A DNA stretch of 64,000 nucleotides, from positions 17,338 through 81,337 of IMG/VR virus record IMGVR_UViG_3300020050_005398. The stretch is one strand, 5' to 3'. The stretch is from a virus. Its lineage: Duplodnaviria > Caudoviricetes. Position 1 is the first letter of the stretch; each line of letters starts with the position of its first letter. Below are positions 1 through 9,753 of this stretch, piece after piece. The notes beneath the pieces were generated by a model that saw only the letters and a program-made list of their open reading frames with translations, searched no databases and was not told where the DNA came from. The translations under genes and the position numbers were made by a program.

Positions 1-139
1 GCTTACTTCACTGGTTGACAATATCAGCGGTTTGCGGGATGAGATTCGTGCAGATGTTTCGCATAATGCTAAGACTGCAAAGATACTTGATAGAGCAATG
101 CAGGACGGTCAATCGTTGACTGTTACTGTCCTAGCATAA
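1..139 (+). CDS. C-terminus of probable tape measure protein (5' truncated)
   Basis: Frame from nt 2 reads LTSLVDNISGLRDEIRADVSHNAKTAKILDRAMQDGQSLTVTVLA*, directly upstream of tail-tip genes. Confidence 0.5.
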   Translation, partial: LTSLVDNISGLRDEIRADVSHNAKTAKILDRAMQDGQSLTVTVLA

Positions 140-177
140 TACTTTGTATTTGCGATAGGTTAGCGTAATGAAGTATG

Positions 178-200
178 AGGGGTGGTTAATTCCACCCTTC
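178..200 (+). terminator. Stem-loop, possible terminator
   Basis: GAGGGGTGG-TTAATT-CCACCCTTC followed by a T-rich stretch. Confidence 0.45.
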
Positions 201-216
201 TATTCTAAGGGATAAT

Positions 217-1104
217 ATGAAAGTAATAAAACAGACTAGAGTCTATGAATCAATGATATTCAGTACGAATGTACCTGAAACAGAAGCTGCTTGGAGTTCC
301 AGTACAACATATGCTATCGGAGATATTGTATACGAAACTACGCTTGGTAGGTATCAATCTTTGGTTAACGGTAATCACAATCACCAACCTAGTATCAGTC
401 CTACTAAGTGGGTTCGTATTGGGCCTACAAATTCAAGAGCAATGTTTGATCAGACTGTCAGTACACAGAGCGTTAGTGCTTCTCCAATGTCTATTGTAGT
501 AGAGACAGGTATTATGGATGCTATGGCGTTGATTAACATCGATTGCAGTAGCGTAAGACTTGTGGTTAAGAATGGATTGTTTGGTGCTACTGTTTACGAT
601 CAAACTGTAAGTATGATTGACGGTGTAGTAGATTGGTATGACTATTTCTTTACTCCAATTGAGCAACAGAATCAAGTAATCTTCAGGGATATTCCACCGT
701 ATAACGATGCCGTAGCTTTCCTTACTTTCAGTGGTTCGGGTACTATTAAAGTAGGTGAAGTTATATTTGGTACATTACAAGTAATTGGTGGTACACAATA
801 CGGCGCATCTTCTGGAATCATTGACTATTCAAAGAAGAATACTGATGAGTTTGGTGCTACTGTTTTAGTTCAAGGTAATTACTCAAAGAGAATTAATGCT
901 TCAGTTTATGTGCTGAATACTAACTTGAATAAAGTACAGAAGTTTCTATATTCAATCAGAGCAACCCCTTGTGTGTTCATTGCTACTGATGTTAGTGACT
1001 TTTCAGAAGCACTGATTGTGTACGGATTCTACAAGGATTTTAACACTGAGATTCCATACCCTACACATTCTATTTGCAATATCGAAATTGAAGGTTTGAT
1101 TTAA
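217..1104 (+). CDS. Tail-tip/distal tail virion protein with N-terminal carbohydrate-binding-like motif
   Basis: AAWSSSTTYAIGDIVY motif (CBM5/12-like); position between tape measure and fibre genes. Confidence 0.65.
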   Translation: MKVIKQTRVYESMIFSTNVPETEAAWSSSTTYAIGDIVYETTLGRYQSLVNGNHNHQPSISPTKWVRIGPTNSRAMFDQTVSTQSVSASPMSIVVETGIMDAMALINIDCSSVRLVVKNGLFGATVYDQTVSMIDGVVDWYDYFFTPIEQQNQVIFRDIPPYNDAVAFLTFSGSGTIKVGEVIFGTLQVIGGTQYGASSGIIDYSKKNTDEFGATVLVQGNYSKRINASVYVLNTNLNKVQKFLYSIRATPCVFIATDVSDFSEALIVYGFYKDFNTEIPYPTHSICNIEIEGLI

Positions 1105-1124
1105 TAACATAATAAGGAGATGAT

Positions 1125-1898
1125 ATGACAACAATTACAGCACTACCCGATGCACCTTCCCGTGCTGATCCAGCTACATTTAGTGATAAGGCAGATGCTT
1201 TCGTTGCTGCACTACCTACGTTTGGTACACAGACTAATGCCGTAGCTTCAGAAGTAAACGGATACGCAACCAGCGCATCTAACAGCGCCGCAGTAGCTAT
1301 TGCTAGTGCAAACTTCAAAGGAGCTTGGAGTTCTCTTACCGGAGCACTTGTTGTTCCTGCTTGTGTACTGCATTCTAGCAAACTTTGGTTGCTCGTAGCT
1401 AACGTAGCAGATGTTACAGCACATACTCCCGGTGTATCTGCATCGTGGGTTGATCTCAATAATCTTACTTCCGCATCAAGGCTTTCTACTGCAAGAACTA
1501 TCGCTGTTTCCGGTAAAGCTACTGGTACTGCTACTTCTTTTGATGGTAGTGCAAATATTAGCATCCCAATTACAGCAACAGATTCTATCGGTGAAGGACA
1601 AACTTGGCAGAACATGCTAAGTAGTCGTGCATTGGATACAGCTTACACTAACAACACAGGTAGGTCAATCTGCTTGATGATTGGGTTTGAACAGGCAGCA
1701 GATACTTGGTCTCTCGGCTATGTGTATTGCGGTGGTGGACTTACAGACCCAATCTATCTCGGTGGTTTCGGTACTGCTGGTGCTGCAAGCAAGGGTGGCA
1801 ATCACGTTGCTACTGTGATTGTCCCTCCCGGTGCTCAATACAAAGTAACTGTATCAGATGTTTCCACAACAGTATATCGTTGGTACGAACTGCGATAA
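1125..1898 (+). CDS. Short tail fibre / receptor-binding protein
   Basis: Ala/Thr-rich; C-terminal QTWQNMLSSRALDTAYTNNTGRSI motif typical of phage fibre tips. Confidence 0.75.
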   Translation: MTTITALPDAPSRADPATFSDKADAFVAALPTFGTQTNAVASEVNGYATSASNSAAVAIASANFKGAWSSLTGALVVPACVLHSSKLWLLVANVADVTAHTPGVSASWVDLNNLTSASRLSTARTIAVSGKATGTATSFDGSANISIPITATDSIGEGQTWQNMLSSRALDTAYTNNTGRSICLMIGFEQAADTWSLGYVYCGGGLTDPIYLGGFGTAGAASKGGNHVATVIVPPGAQYKVTVSDVSTTVYRWYELR

Positions 1899-1913
1899 AC
1901 AAAGGAGTAAATT

Positions 1914-2354
1914 ATGGAAATTACACTAGCTTCTTATAAAGGAGAAGATAATGGTTTTGATATATTTCAACCGTTTGATTCTCTTATCCGATTAGTTACT
2001 AAAAAGAAACACTCACATAACGAATTGATTATCAATGGCGTATCTTATTCTAGTCTTGCATTGAAAGGTGCGGTACAACGAGTAAGGTACTACGATAACA
2101 GTCAATGGGATTTTGTGCAGATTGATCCCAGCAAGATTGATGTATTGCACATGGGTGAAGTCCTAGAAGAATCTAAATCAGCAGGTTATGATTGGCTTGG
2201 TATTGCAAGGTTTATATACAATAAAATCAAACAGAGCCTTACGAGGTACTTCTGCACAGAAAGATGCGCAGATGCTCTCGGTATTCCTAACCCACACTTG
2301 TATTCTCCCGGTGAACTGCACGAATACTGCTATAAGAATCTGAGGTTGGTATGA
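1914..2354 (+). CDS. Permuted papain-like (YiiX/YebB-type NlpC/P60) protein
   Basis: HSH..., GYDWLG, YFCTE and YSPGEL motifs with His before Cys. Confidence 0.55.
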   Translation: MEITLASYKGEDNGFDIFQPFDSLIRLVTKKKHSHNELIINGVSYSSLALKGAVQRVRYYDNSQWDFVQIDPSKIDVLHMGEVLEESKSAGYDWLGIARFIYNKIKQSLTRYFCTERCADALGIPNPHLYSPGELHEYCYKNLRLV

Positions 2355-2764
2355 ACAATAGCAATGAACACCAAGACTATACAAGTGATACTACCATTCA
2401 GATTATCGCAGATAGAGTAGGACAGTTACATACTGACGTTAAAGACGTTCGTACAGGACTTACAGAAACACTAGCAGAGTTCTCTAAGGTTGTACAGCAA
2501 TTAGTACGCTTGGAAGAACGCTCAATTACTACTTCAGATTCGATGGAACGTGTACTCAAGGCTACCGAGAAGGTTAACGAGCGTGTAGATAAAGTACAAG
2601 CTGAATGCGAAACCAAGTTAGTTGCTTTGGAGAAACGTGTAGTTGCTCTTGAGAAAGAACAGCTAGATGTTGCTAGGATGAAAGATTGGTTCTACAAAGG
2701 TGTACTCGGTGTACTTTGTATTGTAGGACTTGTTGTGCTTAAACAATCAGGAATTGGAGGTTGA
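2351..2764 (+). CDS. Coiled-coil membrane protein of lysis cassette (XhlA/holin-like)
   Basis: Coiled coil plus single C-terminal hydrophobic helix; upstream of holin and endolysin. Confidence 0.5.
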   Translation: MNNSNEHQDYTSDTTIQIIADRVGQLHTDVKDVRTGLTETLAEFSKVVQQLVRLEERSITTSDSMERVLKATEKVNERVDKVQAECETKLVALEKRVVALEKEQLDVARMKDWFYKGVLGVLCIVGLVVLKQSGIGG

Positions 2765-2765
2765 T

Positions 2766-3260
2766 ATGCTGCCTATACTCGCAGGGATTATTAGTCAGTT
2801 AATTCAGAACAATTTACCTAAAGTTGCTCAGGTTGTAGCTGATAAAGGTATTGACTATGTTAGCGATAAATTAGGTGTTGAATTGAAACCCGGAATGACT
2901 TCTGAAGAAATTACTGCAATTAAAGCAGCAGCTATTCAGCATGAAGAATTCAGGATTACTGCTGACAATGCTAATACAGCTAATGCTAGGGATATGCAGA
3001 AATCAGCATTGCAACAAGAAGACGTATTCAGTAAAAGGTTTGTTTATTACCTAGCTTCGTTCTGGAGTGTCTTTGCTAGTACATATATTTTCTGTGTTAC
3101 TTTTATGGTTATTCCTGATTCTAGTGTTCGTCTGGTGGATACAATTTTAGGATTTCTTTTGGGTACTCTGATTGGTAGTATTGTCAACTTCTTCTTCGGT
3201 TCAAGTAAGTCAAGTGCAGACAAGAACAGTCTCTTGATGGAACGACAAAATGCTAAGTAA
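2766..3260 (+). CDS. Holin (3TM / GTA-holin-like)
   Basis: ATG at 2766 after GGAGG; ANTANARDMQ motif, two C-terminal TM helices, FFFGSS end; adjacent to endolysin. Confidence 0.7.
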   Translation: MLPILAGIISQLIQNNLPKVAQVVADKGIDYVSDKLGVELKPGMTSEEITAIKAAAIQHEEFRITADNANTANARDMQKSALQQEDVFSKRFVYYLASFWSVFASTYIFCVTFMVIPDSSVRLVDTILGFLLGTLIGSIVNFFFGSSKSSADKNSLLMERQNAK

Positions 3261-3897
3261 CAACGGAACAGATAGCTCATTAAAAATCAGTATTGAAACT
3301 ACCGCAAAGTTATTTGCTACTGACATTAAGACTGCTACTACTTTCAATCCTTTCTTACGTGGTACGCTGAAACTGTATCAGATTACAACCAGAGAACGCA
3401 TTGCTTGTTTCTGTGCTCAATTAGCGCATGAATCTGGTGGGTTAACAACCCTTCAAGAAAACTTGAATTATTCTGAGCAAGGTTTGATTAAGACTTGGCC
3501 TAATAGATTCGATAGTACCAACGCAAGAATCTACGCTAAGAACCCGCAGAAGATTGCTAATAAAGTCTATGCTAATCGTATGGGCAACGGTGATGAATCT
3601 TCTGGTGACGGTTGGAAGTACAGAGGTAGAGGTTGTATTCAGATTACTGGAAAAGATAACTACCGGATGTTGTCTAAGGATCTAGGGATAGATTTTATTG
3701 CAGAGCCTGACTTGTTACTACTTCCGGTTAATGCAATGCTTTCTGCTGGTTGGTTTTGGGATAAGAGTAAACTTAATGCTATTGCTGATAGATTAGATCA
3801 TGTATTGCTTACCAAGAGAATCAACGGTGGTAGTCACGGGTTGGATCAACGGATAGAACGAACCAAGAATAATCTGGTTGTTCTAAGCAACGTATAA
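3250..3897 (+). CDS. Endolysin, glycoside hydrolase family 19
   Basis: AQLAHESGGL, ENLNYS, YRGRGCIQITGKDNY and TKRINGG motifs. Confidence 0.92.
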   Translation: MLSNNGTDSSLKISIETTAKLFATDIKTATTFNPFLRGTLKLYQITTRERIACFCAQLAHESGGLTTLQENLNYSEQGLIKTWPNRFDSTNARIYAKNPQKIANKVYANRMGNGDESSGDGWKYRGRGCIQITGKDNYRMLSKDLGIDFIAEPDLLLLPVNAMLSAGWFWDKSKLNAIADRLDHVLLTKRINGGSHGLDQRIERTKNNLVVLSNV

Positions 3898-3898
3898 C

Positions 3899-3990
3899 GC
3901 GATTTAAGGCGTTATTTCTATGCAGGCTACGTTGGTATTACCTGCGTGATTTAAATCGCTCCTAGCGTGATACAGAAGGCTTTCCGAAGG
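3899..3990 (+). repeat. Dispersed intergenic double-palindrome repeat, copy A
   Basis: GCGTTATTTCTATGCAGGCTACGTTGGTATTACCTGCGTGATTTAAATCGC aligns with copies at 16.6, 29.3, 32.2 and 54.4 kb. Confidence 0.75.
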
Positions 3991-4041
3991 TTTCCAACCT
4001 GTCTGGCTCCGTGAGGTATCTGTGAGGTTGTACAAACGAAT

Positions 4042-4070
4042 AAACCCCTAGCGTTAAAACTAGGGGTTTT
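4042..4070. terminator. Bidirectional intrinsic terminator
   Basis: AAACCCCTAG-CGTTAAAA-CTAGGGGTTTT between convergent operons. Confidence 0.8.
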
Positions 4071-4088
4071 CTTATTTGTTAATCGCTA

Positions 4089-4541
4089 TCAGCATGATAC
4101 GTAGTTAGTCTTAGCGTCATTATACCGTTTAATCTTCGCAAGCATTTCGTGATATTCTTCTTCGGTTGGAACTGGAATATACTTAGCTTTTTCCTTAGCT
4201 AGTTCTGATATGTAATGCTTCTTGATACTGTGATAATAAGTCTGATCATCCCAAAACTTGTTATAAGTAAACCGCAGGATTGTATCACCGGAATCACCGT
4301 AGTCTACTTCTGTGCTAATATCAAGAAATACATCATCAGGAATATCCGCAAGAAACTCCTTCAGTTCACCTACTGTGTTATATTCTCGAAGATACATTGC
4401 TTCTGCATCCATACCGTTGCTGCATTTGTAAGTAGCTCTGTAACTCGGACGTTTCAGTTCGTAGTACATTGGTTTGATCTTACGAAGATACTTCAGCATC
4501 TTCACGAGTTCTGAGCGGTAGTTGATTTGTTGGTTAGCCAT
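4089..4541 (-). CDS. Hypothetical protein
   Basis: 150-aa ORF with GGAG upstream, collinear with neighbours. Confidence 0.6.
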   Translation of the reverse strand: MANQQINYRSELVKMLKYLRKIKPMYYELKRPSYRATYKCSNGMDAEAMYLREYNTVGELKEFLADIPDDVFLDISTEVDYGDSGDTILRFTYNKFWDDQTYYHSIKKHYISELAKEKAKYIPVPTEEEYHEMLAKIKRYNDAKTNYVSC

Positions 4542-4555
4542 AGTTTACTCCTTAG

Positions 4556-4801
4556 TTAATACCCAATCAATCCTTCAGCATAAGACTTTGCTCTGCTGTG
4601 CGTGTATCGTACTGCAAGTTTATGCTTTTCTTCTGGTTCAAACAATATAAAATCTTTTAGTTGGTTACTGATGTTTACTGCTACTTGCTCTATAACATCA
4701 TGCCAAGGGTAGCTCTTTGGGTTGTACTCTGAGAATACCTTTTGTACTAATGCGTAGGAGAAGCTATTGAGTCTATGTTGGTCTTGTTCGGTCAGTTGCA
4801 T
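4556..4801 (-). CDS. Hypothetical protein
   Basis: 81-aa ORF, collinear. Confidence 0.55.
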   Translation of the reverse strand: MQLTEQDQHRLNSFSYALVQKVFSEYNPKSYPWHDVIEQVAVNISNQLKDFILFEPEEKHKLAVRYTHSRAKSYAEGLIGY

Positions 4802-4845
4802 TTGTTAATCCTTAGTTTATTGTAGATGAAGTCATGTAGATACAG

Positions 4846-4875
4846 AAAAACCTCCAGCGATAAAACTGGAGGTTT
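4846..4875 (-). terminator. Intrinsic terminator
   Basis: AAACCTCCAG-CGATAAAA-CTGGAGGTTT with U-tract on minus strand. Confidence 0.7.
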
Positions 4876-4888
4876 ACTTATTTGTGGG

Positions 4889-5077
4889 TTATGCCCAAAT
4901 CTTTTCCCAAAACTTATCTACTGTAATCCAATCGAGCCAATCGTTGATTTGCTCTTGACTGTTCAGTACAACAGAATCAGGATAGATTTCACTATCAGGT
5001 ACTTGCTTAGTGATTCGCTTCAAGTAGAAACGACCACTAAACTCGCGTTGATATTCGTAGTCACCAATCGTTTTCAT
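4889..5077 (-). CDS. Hypothetical protein
   Basis: 62-aa ORF directly downstream of nrdJ. Confidence 0.5.
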   Translation of the reverse strand: MKTIGDYEYQREFSGRFYLKRITKQVPDSEIYPDSVVLNSQEQINDWLDWITVDKFWEKIWA

Positions 5078-5083
5078 CTTTAA

Positions 5084-7198
5084 TTACCGAATAGGGCATG
5101 CACCAGAAGCACATTCGTCAGAACCATCAAAATCAAGACTGCCGTTAATACTTGTAATTACCGAGGTATTTGCAACCAGAGCATCATACTGTTCTTTGGT
5201 AATTTCTTCCAAAGGAGCCTGCTTAAACCCATGTTCGTTATGCAGCAAGAAAGACAAACTCTTGTGACAATCTTTGTAGTTTTCAGCAAGGTACGCTTTG
5301 ATTTCTGGAAGTTCCTCCTTACGATAATAAACAGTACAACTGACACTGTTATCAGACCAAGCAGTTTGCATGCGCTTCACAACCTTCAGTTGATCAATCG
5401 CAGTCATATTCTTAGCAAGTACAGTCCCTTCTGGATAACTGAATGGGAAAGAAACAACTACCGTACCACGATCTTCTGAACCATCAAAGTTACGTTGAAA
5501 TTCAACTTCGTAACCATGAGACTTGCACACATTAACCAATGCGTGTTCAGCACTGATACGAATACGACGAATCATATACTGGCTGTAAGCAGGATGAATA
5601 CCGGGAGTTACACCGGGAAGCAGACTGAGCGTACCAGAAGGCTTGTTGGTTGTCAGCTTGATACTTACGGGCCAATTCATCTTAGCGGAATACTCAACAT
5701 CATACGCACGCAGTTCCTTGTAAGCATTGTCCAACCAAGAGTTCTGTTCTTCTGTTGCTTGTAGTACACCTGTAACACCAACACCCATTCGCATATTAGC
5801 ATTGACAATCTTTTCAGTTTCTTTGTTGTGACAAGGTAGTGCAAGACTGTGTTTGTTAATACGGTAAAGCAGTTTTGTAATATCTACGAATTCTTCATAA
5901 GACTCCACGTTAGGTAAAAAGATTTCTGCCAAACAGCAGGTTTCATAATCAGCAAGACTTTGCTCTGCACCTCACACCAACGAATTACATCTACATATCG
6001 TCTTGTGCGCTGGACTATCGCATACACCTGTACGGTGTTCTCTTCGCTTAGTCTCTCAGGCTGCACACCTTTTGGTTGCTTGCCCCCTGTCGCCCTATAG
6101 CAGGCTTCCAAGTCAATCAGAAGAGATTTTAAATCCGCATACATTTTACGGATTATAACCTTGAACATTTGGATCGGGATACTGAGTTTCACCCAATCGA
6201 CCAACCTTACGACTCAAGTCAAGATTAATTAGGCCGAAAGGTTCTCCCTTACCGTTATAACCATCCCAAAAGTATTCATGCAGTTCGCTAATATCATTGC
6301 ACACAACGCTGTTATTTGACATTGCACGCCAAGATGGAATTGTACCCATGTCCCAACGCTTGGACAGTAAGAACTCAACATCGTCACAATCACCTATAGC
6401 AATCTGAGCACTACGACGAACATTGCCTGCAACTACAATCGCTCCGATAATATTCATAATATCCAAGCAATCAATCGGGCGTACTTTCTTTCCTTTACGG
6501 TTTTCCAGCACCTTAGAAATTTTCTCAATACCCCAGCACAAATCTTCAGGGCCAGATGCGGTTCCACCAAAGCCTTTAATCGGAGCACCTTTACCGCGAA
6601 TCAATTGTGTGCTGTAACTAAATGTCTGTTTACCAGTATCATGCGAAAGGAACGCTGCTTTGAGCGTCTTACCAAGTAGCGCAACCCAACCTTCACGAGT
6701 ATCTGGAACAATATAGTCTGCGCTAGAATCATCCTTGCGTTTCGGGGCTTTGAAATTCTTGCGTACTTTTGGAAGTTTATCTACGTTGGCTTTCTGAATG
6801 TTATAACCAACACCAGAACCAAGCATTAGCATGTCCATTGCCCAAGTAAACGGACGAATAGGAGCGTCTACTGTCACAAAGGCACAATTCATCAATGAAG
6901 CCAATCCGAGTTTATTTACAGTATCTGTACCAAGCTGCCACAAGAAACGACCTGCAACAGAACCTTTCAATTCCATCAGATACTTCTTAACCCGATGTTC
7001 TTCTTCTTTCGTGAATCCGCACTTCAGTTGTTTCTGAGTAGCTTTAACCACACGATTAACAGTATCTTTCCATTCTTCAGTTTCACTGTAAACATCTTGT
7101 TCATCCAACCGACGAGCATATGTGCGTTTATATGTCAAGTAACCTACGCTTGACCACGGTGTAAAGAATTCTTGATTTGTGCTGTTTGTAATGCTCAT
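5084..7198 (-). CDS. nrdJ: Class II (B12-dependent) ribonucleotide reductase, intron-split: join(7198..6148, 5970..5084), 645 aa spliced
   Basis: Splicing restores GYNP-C-AEQSL catalytic motif; RRSAQIAIG, TNKPSGTLSLL and C-terminal ECASGACPIR as in monomeric NrdJ. Confidence 0.93.
5971..6147 (-). mobile_element. Group I intron, 177 nt, no ORF
   Basis: P1 AAUCCGU/GCGGAUU with U.G at the splice site, terminal G, P3 UCUCUUC/GAAGAGA, P7 GACUA/UAGUC, P8 ACACC/GGUGU, P10 UGUAU/GUGCA. Confidence 0.92.
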
Positions 7199-7228
7199 AA
7201 TTTCCTTTATTAATAATCTTAATTTAAC

Positions 7229-7573
7229 TTAAACCGACTCTACCATTCCACGCAACCGATAGCTATCCGTGAGAATCTTACTACCGATTGCTTTATCCTT
7301 GGCTTCAACAGTAGCATAACCACTATCTAACCATTCCTTATCAATGCGTTCATCACAAACGTATCGATCACAAATAACAATTTCACCGAAGATATTCCGA
7401 TGTTGAATATCGTGCTGAACCATTACATATTCATTAATATCACAACCTAGTTCATGCAATACCTGAAGAAACTCATCGTTATTATCTTCGATGTACTTGC
7501 TGGTAAACTTAGGTTGAATCTTCTGAACTTCACTGAGACTGATATATTTGAGCGCCATAATCTTTAGTGCCAT
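7229..7573 (-). CDS. Hypothetical protein
   Basis: Start reassigned to ATG 7573 (AAGGAG SD). Confidence 0.55.
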   Translation of the reverse strand: MALKIMALKYISLSEVQKIQPKFTSKYIEDNNDEFLQVLHELGCDINEYVMVQHDIQHRNIFGEIVICDRYVCDERIDKEWLDSGYATVEAKDKAIGSKILTDSYRLRGMVESV

Positions 7574-7676
7574 ATTTCTCCTTGTATGTTTGAATACAGC
7601 CAGTAGTAGAACCACAGATTTTGAAGGACAGTAATTCTACTATGGCTGTACGAAAGTTTCTAGTTAAATGCTTAGA

Positions 7677-8582
7677 TTAACCAAGTTTAACATTGTTAGG
7701 AATCAACTGACGATGCTGAATCCAACCACCAGTGAAATTACCGCTAATCAAATCGGAAGTATCTATACCATTTACACTCAGGGCAGTCACTCCGTCTTCA
7801 ATAGAAGTCAGTACGGAGTTACCAACCTTTGCTTGATGCTCAGTAGGACTTGCGTGAACACGTTCTGATTCAATTAGCTTATTATAAATATCTTCTGCTT
7901 TTTCAAACTCCTTATTCAGCCTACGATACGAAACTTGTGCTGCACAGGATGAACTAAGTTTGAGAGCATCTTCTGTTGTAATCTTATTTCCTTGCTCATC
8001 AAAGAATACTTGCTTACCGAGAACAACTTGATATTCAACGTAAGGCATGTGCCACTGTCCTACGGATAGTTCAACAGGAACAGATTCGTTGTAGACATTA
8101 TACGCTGTATCTGCTAGAAGTTTGAACGTAGGGTCGGCATCTTTATGACAGCGCAACCACCACATGTTCTCAAAGTCAGTACCTGTCAGTACAACCTTGA
8201 TATGGCTATAAGGTTCAAGTACACGGTTCACTACTTGCTTATGCAATCCAAGACTAGACATTGCTTTAGCATACCTTACAGCTTCGTCTCTAGAAGCCAA
8301 CCAGAGAGCTTTTGCTTGTTCTTGCTGGTAAGGTGCCAACTGCTCATCTGCTTGCATTCCTGCTTTGTTCTTACCCCATTCAGCAGGCATTGCTGGGTTA
8401 GTTTCTACAAGCTCAATCATGGTCTTGATTGGAATGGCTCGTGAACTTGCAGCATTACGGCTAAATGCTCTATGGGTAAGTAGTTCAGAATGGACTAGGC
8501 GAGGATACTCAAGTTCAAACGTAGTAATACGCTTACCATAGGGATTGATACTGTCTGCAATAATCTTTGCTGTTGTTGTCAA
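7677..8582 (-). CDS. thyX: FAD-dependent thymidylate synthase
   Basis: ELLTHRAFSRNAASSRAIP signature; HASPTEHQA. Confidence 0.9.
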   Translation of the reverse strand: MTTTAKIIADSINPYGKRITTFELEYPRLVHSELLTHRAFSRNAASSRAIPIKTMIELVETNPAMPAEWGKNKAGMQADEQLAPYQQEQAKALWLASRDEAVRYAKAMSSLGLHKQVVNRVLEPYSHIKVVLTGTDFENMWWLRCHKDADPTFKLLADTAYNVYNESVPVELSVGQWHMPYVEYQVVLGKQVFFDEQGNKITTEDALKLSSSCAAQVSYRRLNKEFEKAEDIYNKLIESERVHASPTEHQAKVGNSVLTSIEDGVTALSVNGIDTSDLISGNFTGGWIQHRQLIPNNVKLG

Positions 8583-8597
8583 ATCTTACTCCTTTGT

Positions 8598-8879
8598 TTA
8601 AGTAATGCTTACTGTCAAAATCAACCTCGGTTCAACTCCAAATACATTCTTGAAGTTAACCTTCTTTTCTTCTAGGTCATCAAGTCCTGTCAGTTCGCTG
8701 TAGCTATAAACATCGCTAGAACATACTTTATAGCCTACAACCAGAATGTCATCGTAAGCATAAGAAATATCCATCCCAGTGTATTCACCCATTTCAACAA
8801 CCACCTGCGCATGGTACTTACTCGTAAGAGAATCTACAGGAAGTCCAATGTAGACTTGTGCTGACACTTGATAGCTCAT
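8598..8879 (-). CDS. Hypothetical protein
   Basis: 93-aa ORF with SD. Confidence 0.55.
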   Translation of the reverse strand: MSYQVSAQVYIGLPVDSLTSKYHAQVVVEMGEYTGMDISYAYDDILVVGYKVCSSDVYSYSELTGLDDLEEKKVNFKNVFGVEPRLILTVSIT

Positions 8880-8897
8880 ATTACTCCTAATCTAAAA

Positions 8898-9524
8898 TCA
8901 ATAACCACTACTAGCTTCTGTAACTTGCATCTCAAGTGAAACCGTAAGTTCACCATCCGTAATATACGCACGACCAATCAACCCACCAGAACTAACGTAA
9001 CCTTCTTCTTGGTTGTCAACAGCAATTTTAACTGCTTGTTTCATATACTCCATAGCTTTTACAACCAAGTCACCAACAGTAGGCACACCTTCAATTTCAC
9101 ACCAAGTCCAACCAAGCGCAGTATAAACACTAGCTGCTTTCTGCCAGTCAAAGTCTTTGATTACTTGGTTGATCTTAGCGTTGATTTCTGATTCGGTGAA
9201 GGTAGCTTTTGACGGAGCTTCTGCCTGAACTTGACGGAGTTTAGCTGAGAAACTGGGTGGGGTTTCACCGTAAGTTGTTTCTGTTTTGAAACAAGATTGA
9301 CACAGTGATTCTTTATCCGAATCTGCGTTCTTGAGTAGTTTTACAAGATTGCAATTGGAGCCGTAGTCAGATGCCTTACCGTCTGGTTCGTAAAATAGGC
9401 TGTAACCGTCTACAAAACTACCGTCTTCATAAACTTCGTAAATTTCAGATTCACGACAATCGTAGTCCAACCAAACTTGACCAACCTTAACTTCAATACC
9501 ATTGATCATCGGTTTAACTTTCAT
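8898..9524 (-). CDS. Hypothetical protein with repeated small N-terminal beta-domain
   Basis: KPMINGIEVKVGQVWLD shared with 9722..10324. Confidence 0.6.
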   Translation of the reverse strand: MKVKPMINGIEVKVGQVWLDYDCRESEIYEVYEDGSFVDGYSLFYEPDGKASDYGSNCNLVKLLKNADSDKESLCQSCFKTETTYGETPPSFSAKLRQVQAEAPSKATFTESEINAKINQVIKDFDWQKAASVYTALGWTWCEIEGVPTVGDLVVKAMEYMKQAVKIAVDNQEEGYVSSGGLIGRAYITDGELTVSLEMQVTEASSGY

Positions 9525-9753
9525 TGCATTCTCCTTTATTAATTACAACATCACTGCACTTAACCCACAAGCTCTTGAACGGATATTCTACTGCTTTAAT
9601 ATGCAAGAGAAGTTGAGGATTACTTTCTTTGGTAAAATCAACATCCGTTTCAACAACCGTATAAGTCTGCGCGAAGTATACTACATAATCACCTATGTTA
9701 ACCTTCTGTTCTTCTGTTTGTTTATTCTTTCGTTTCACTACTGTTCCTTTCAT
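9514..9753 (-). CDS. Hypothetical protein (SH3/KOW-like)
   Basis: VNIGDYVVY motif; overlaps neighbours in operon style. Confidence 0.5.
   Translation of the reverse strand: MKGTVVKRKNKQTEEQKVNIGDYVVYFAQTYTVVETDVDFTKESNPQLLLHIKAVEYPFKSLWVKCSDVVINKGECNES

Noticed and set aside
1125-1898. Diversity-generating retroelement acting on the tail fibre
   Set aside because: No reverse transcriptase and no template/variable repeat pair seen in the window
5884-6204. 106-aa ORF over the intron as an intron-encoded endonuclease
   Set aside because: It spans both exon borders out of frame and has no nuclease motif
5084-7198. nrdJ as a pseudogene, intein-split gene or case of stop-codon recoding
   Set aside because: The TAA and frame change are fully explained by the intron; other long genes read normally in the standard code
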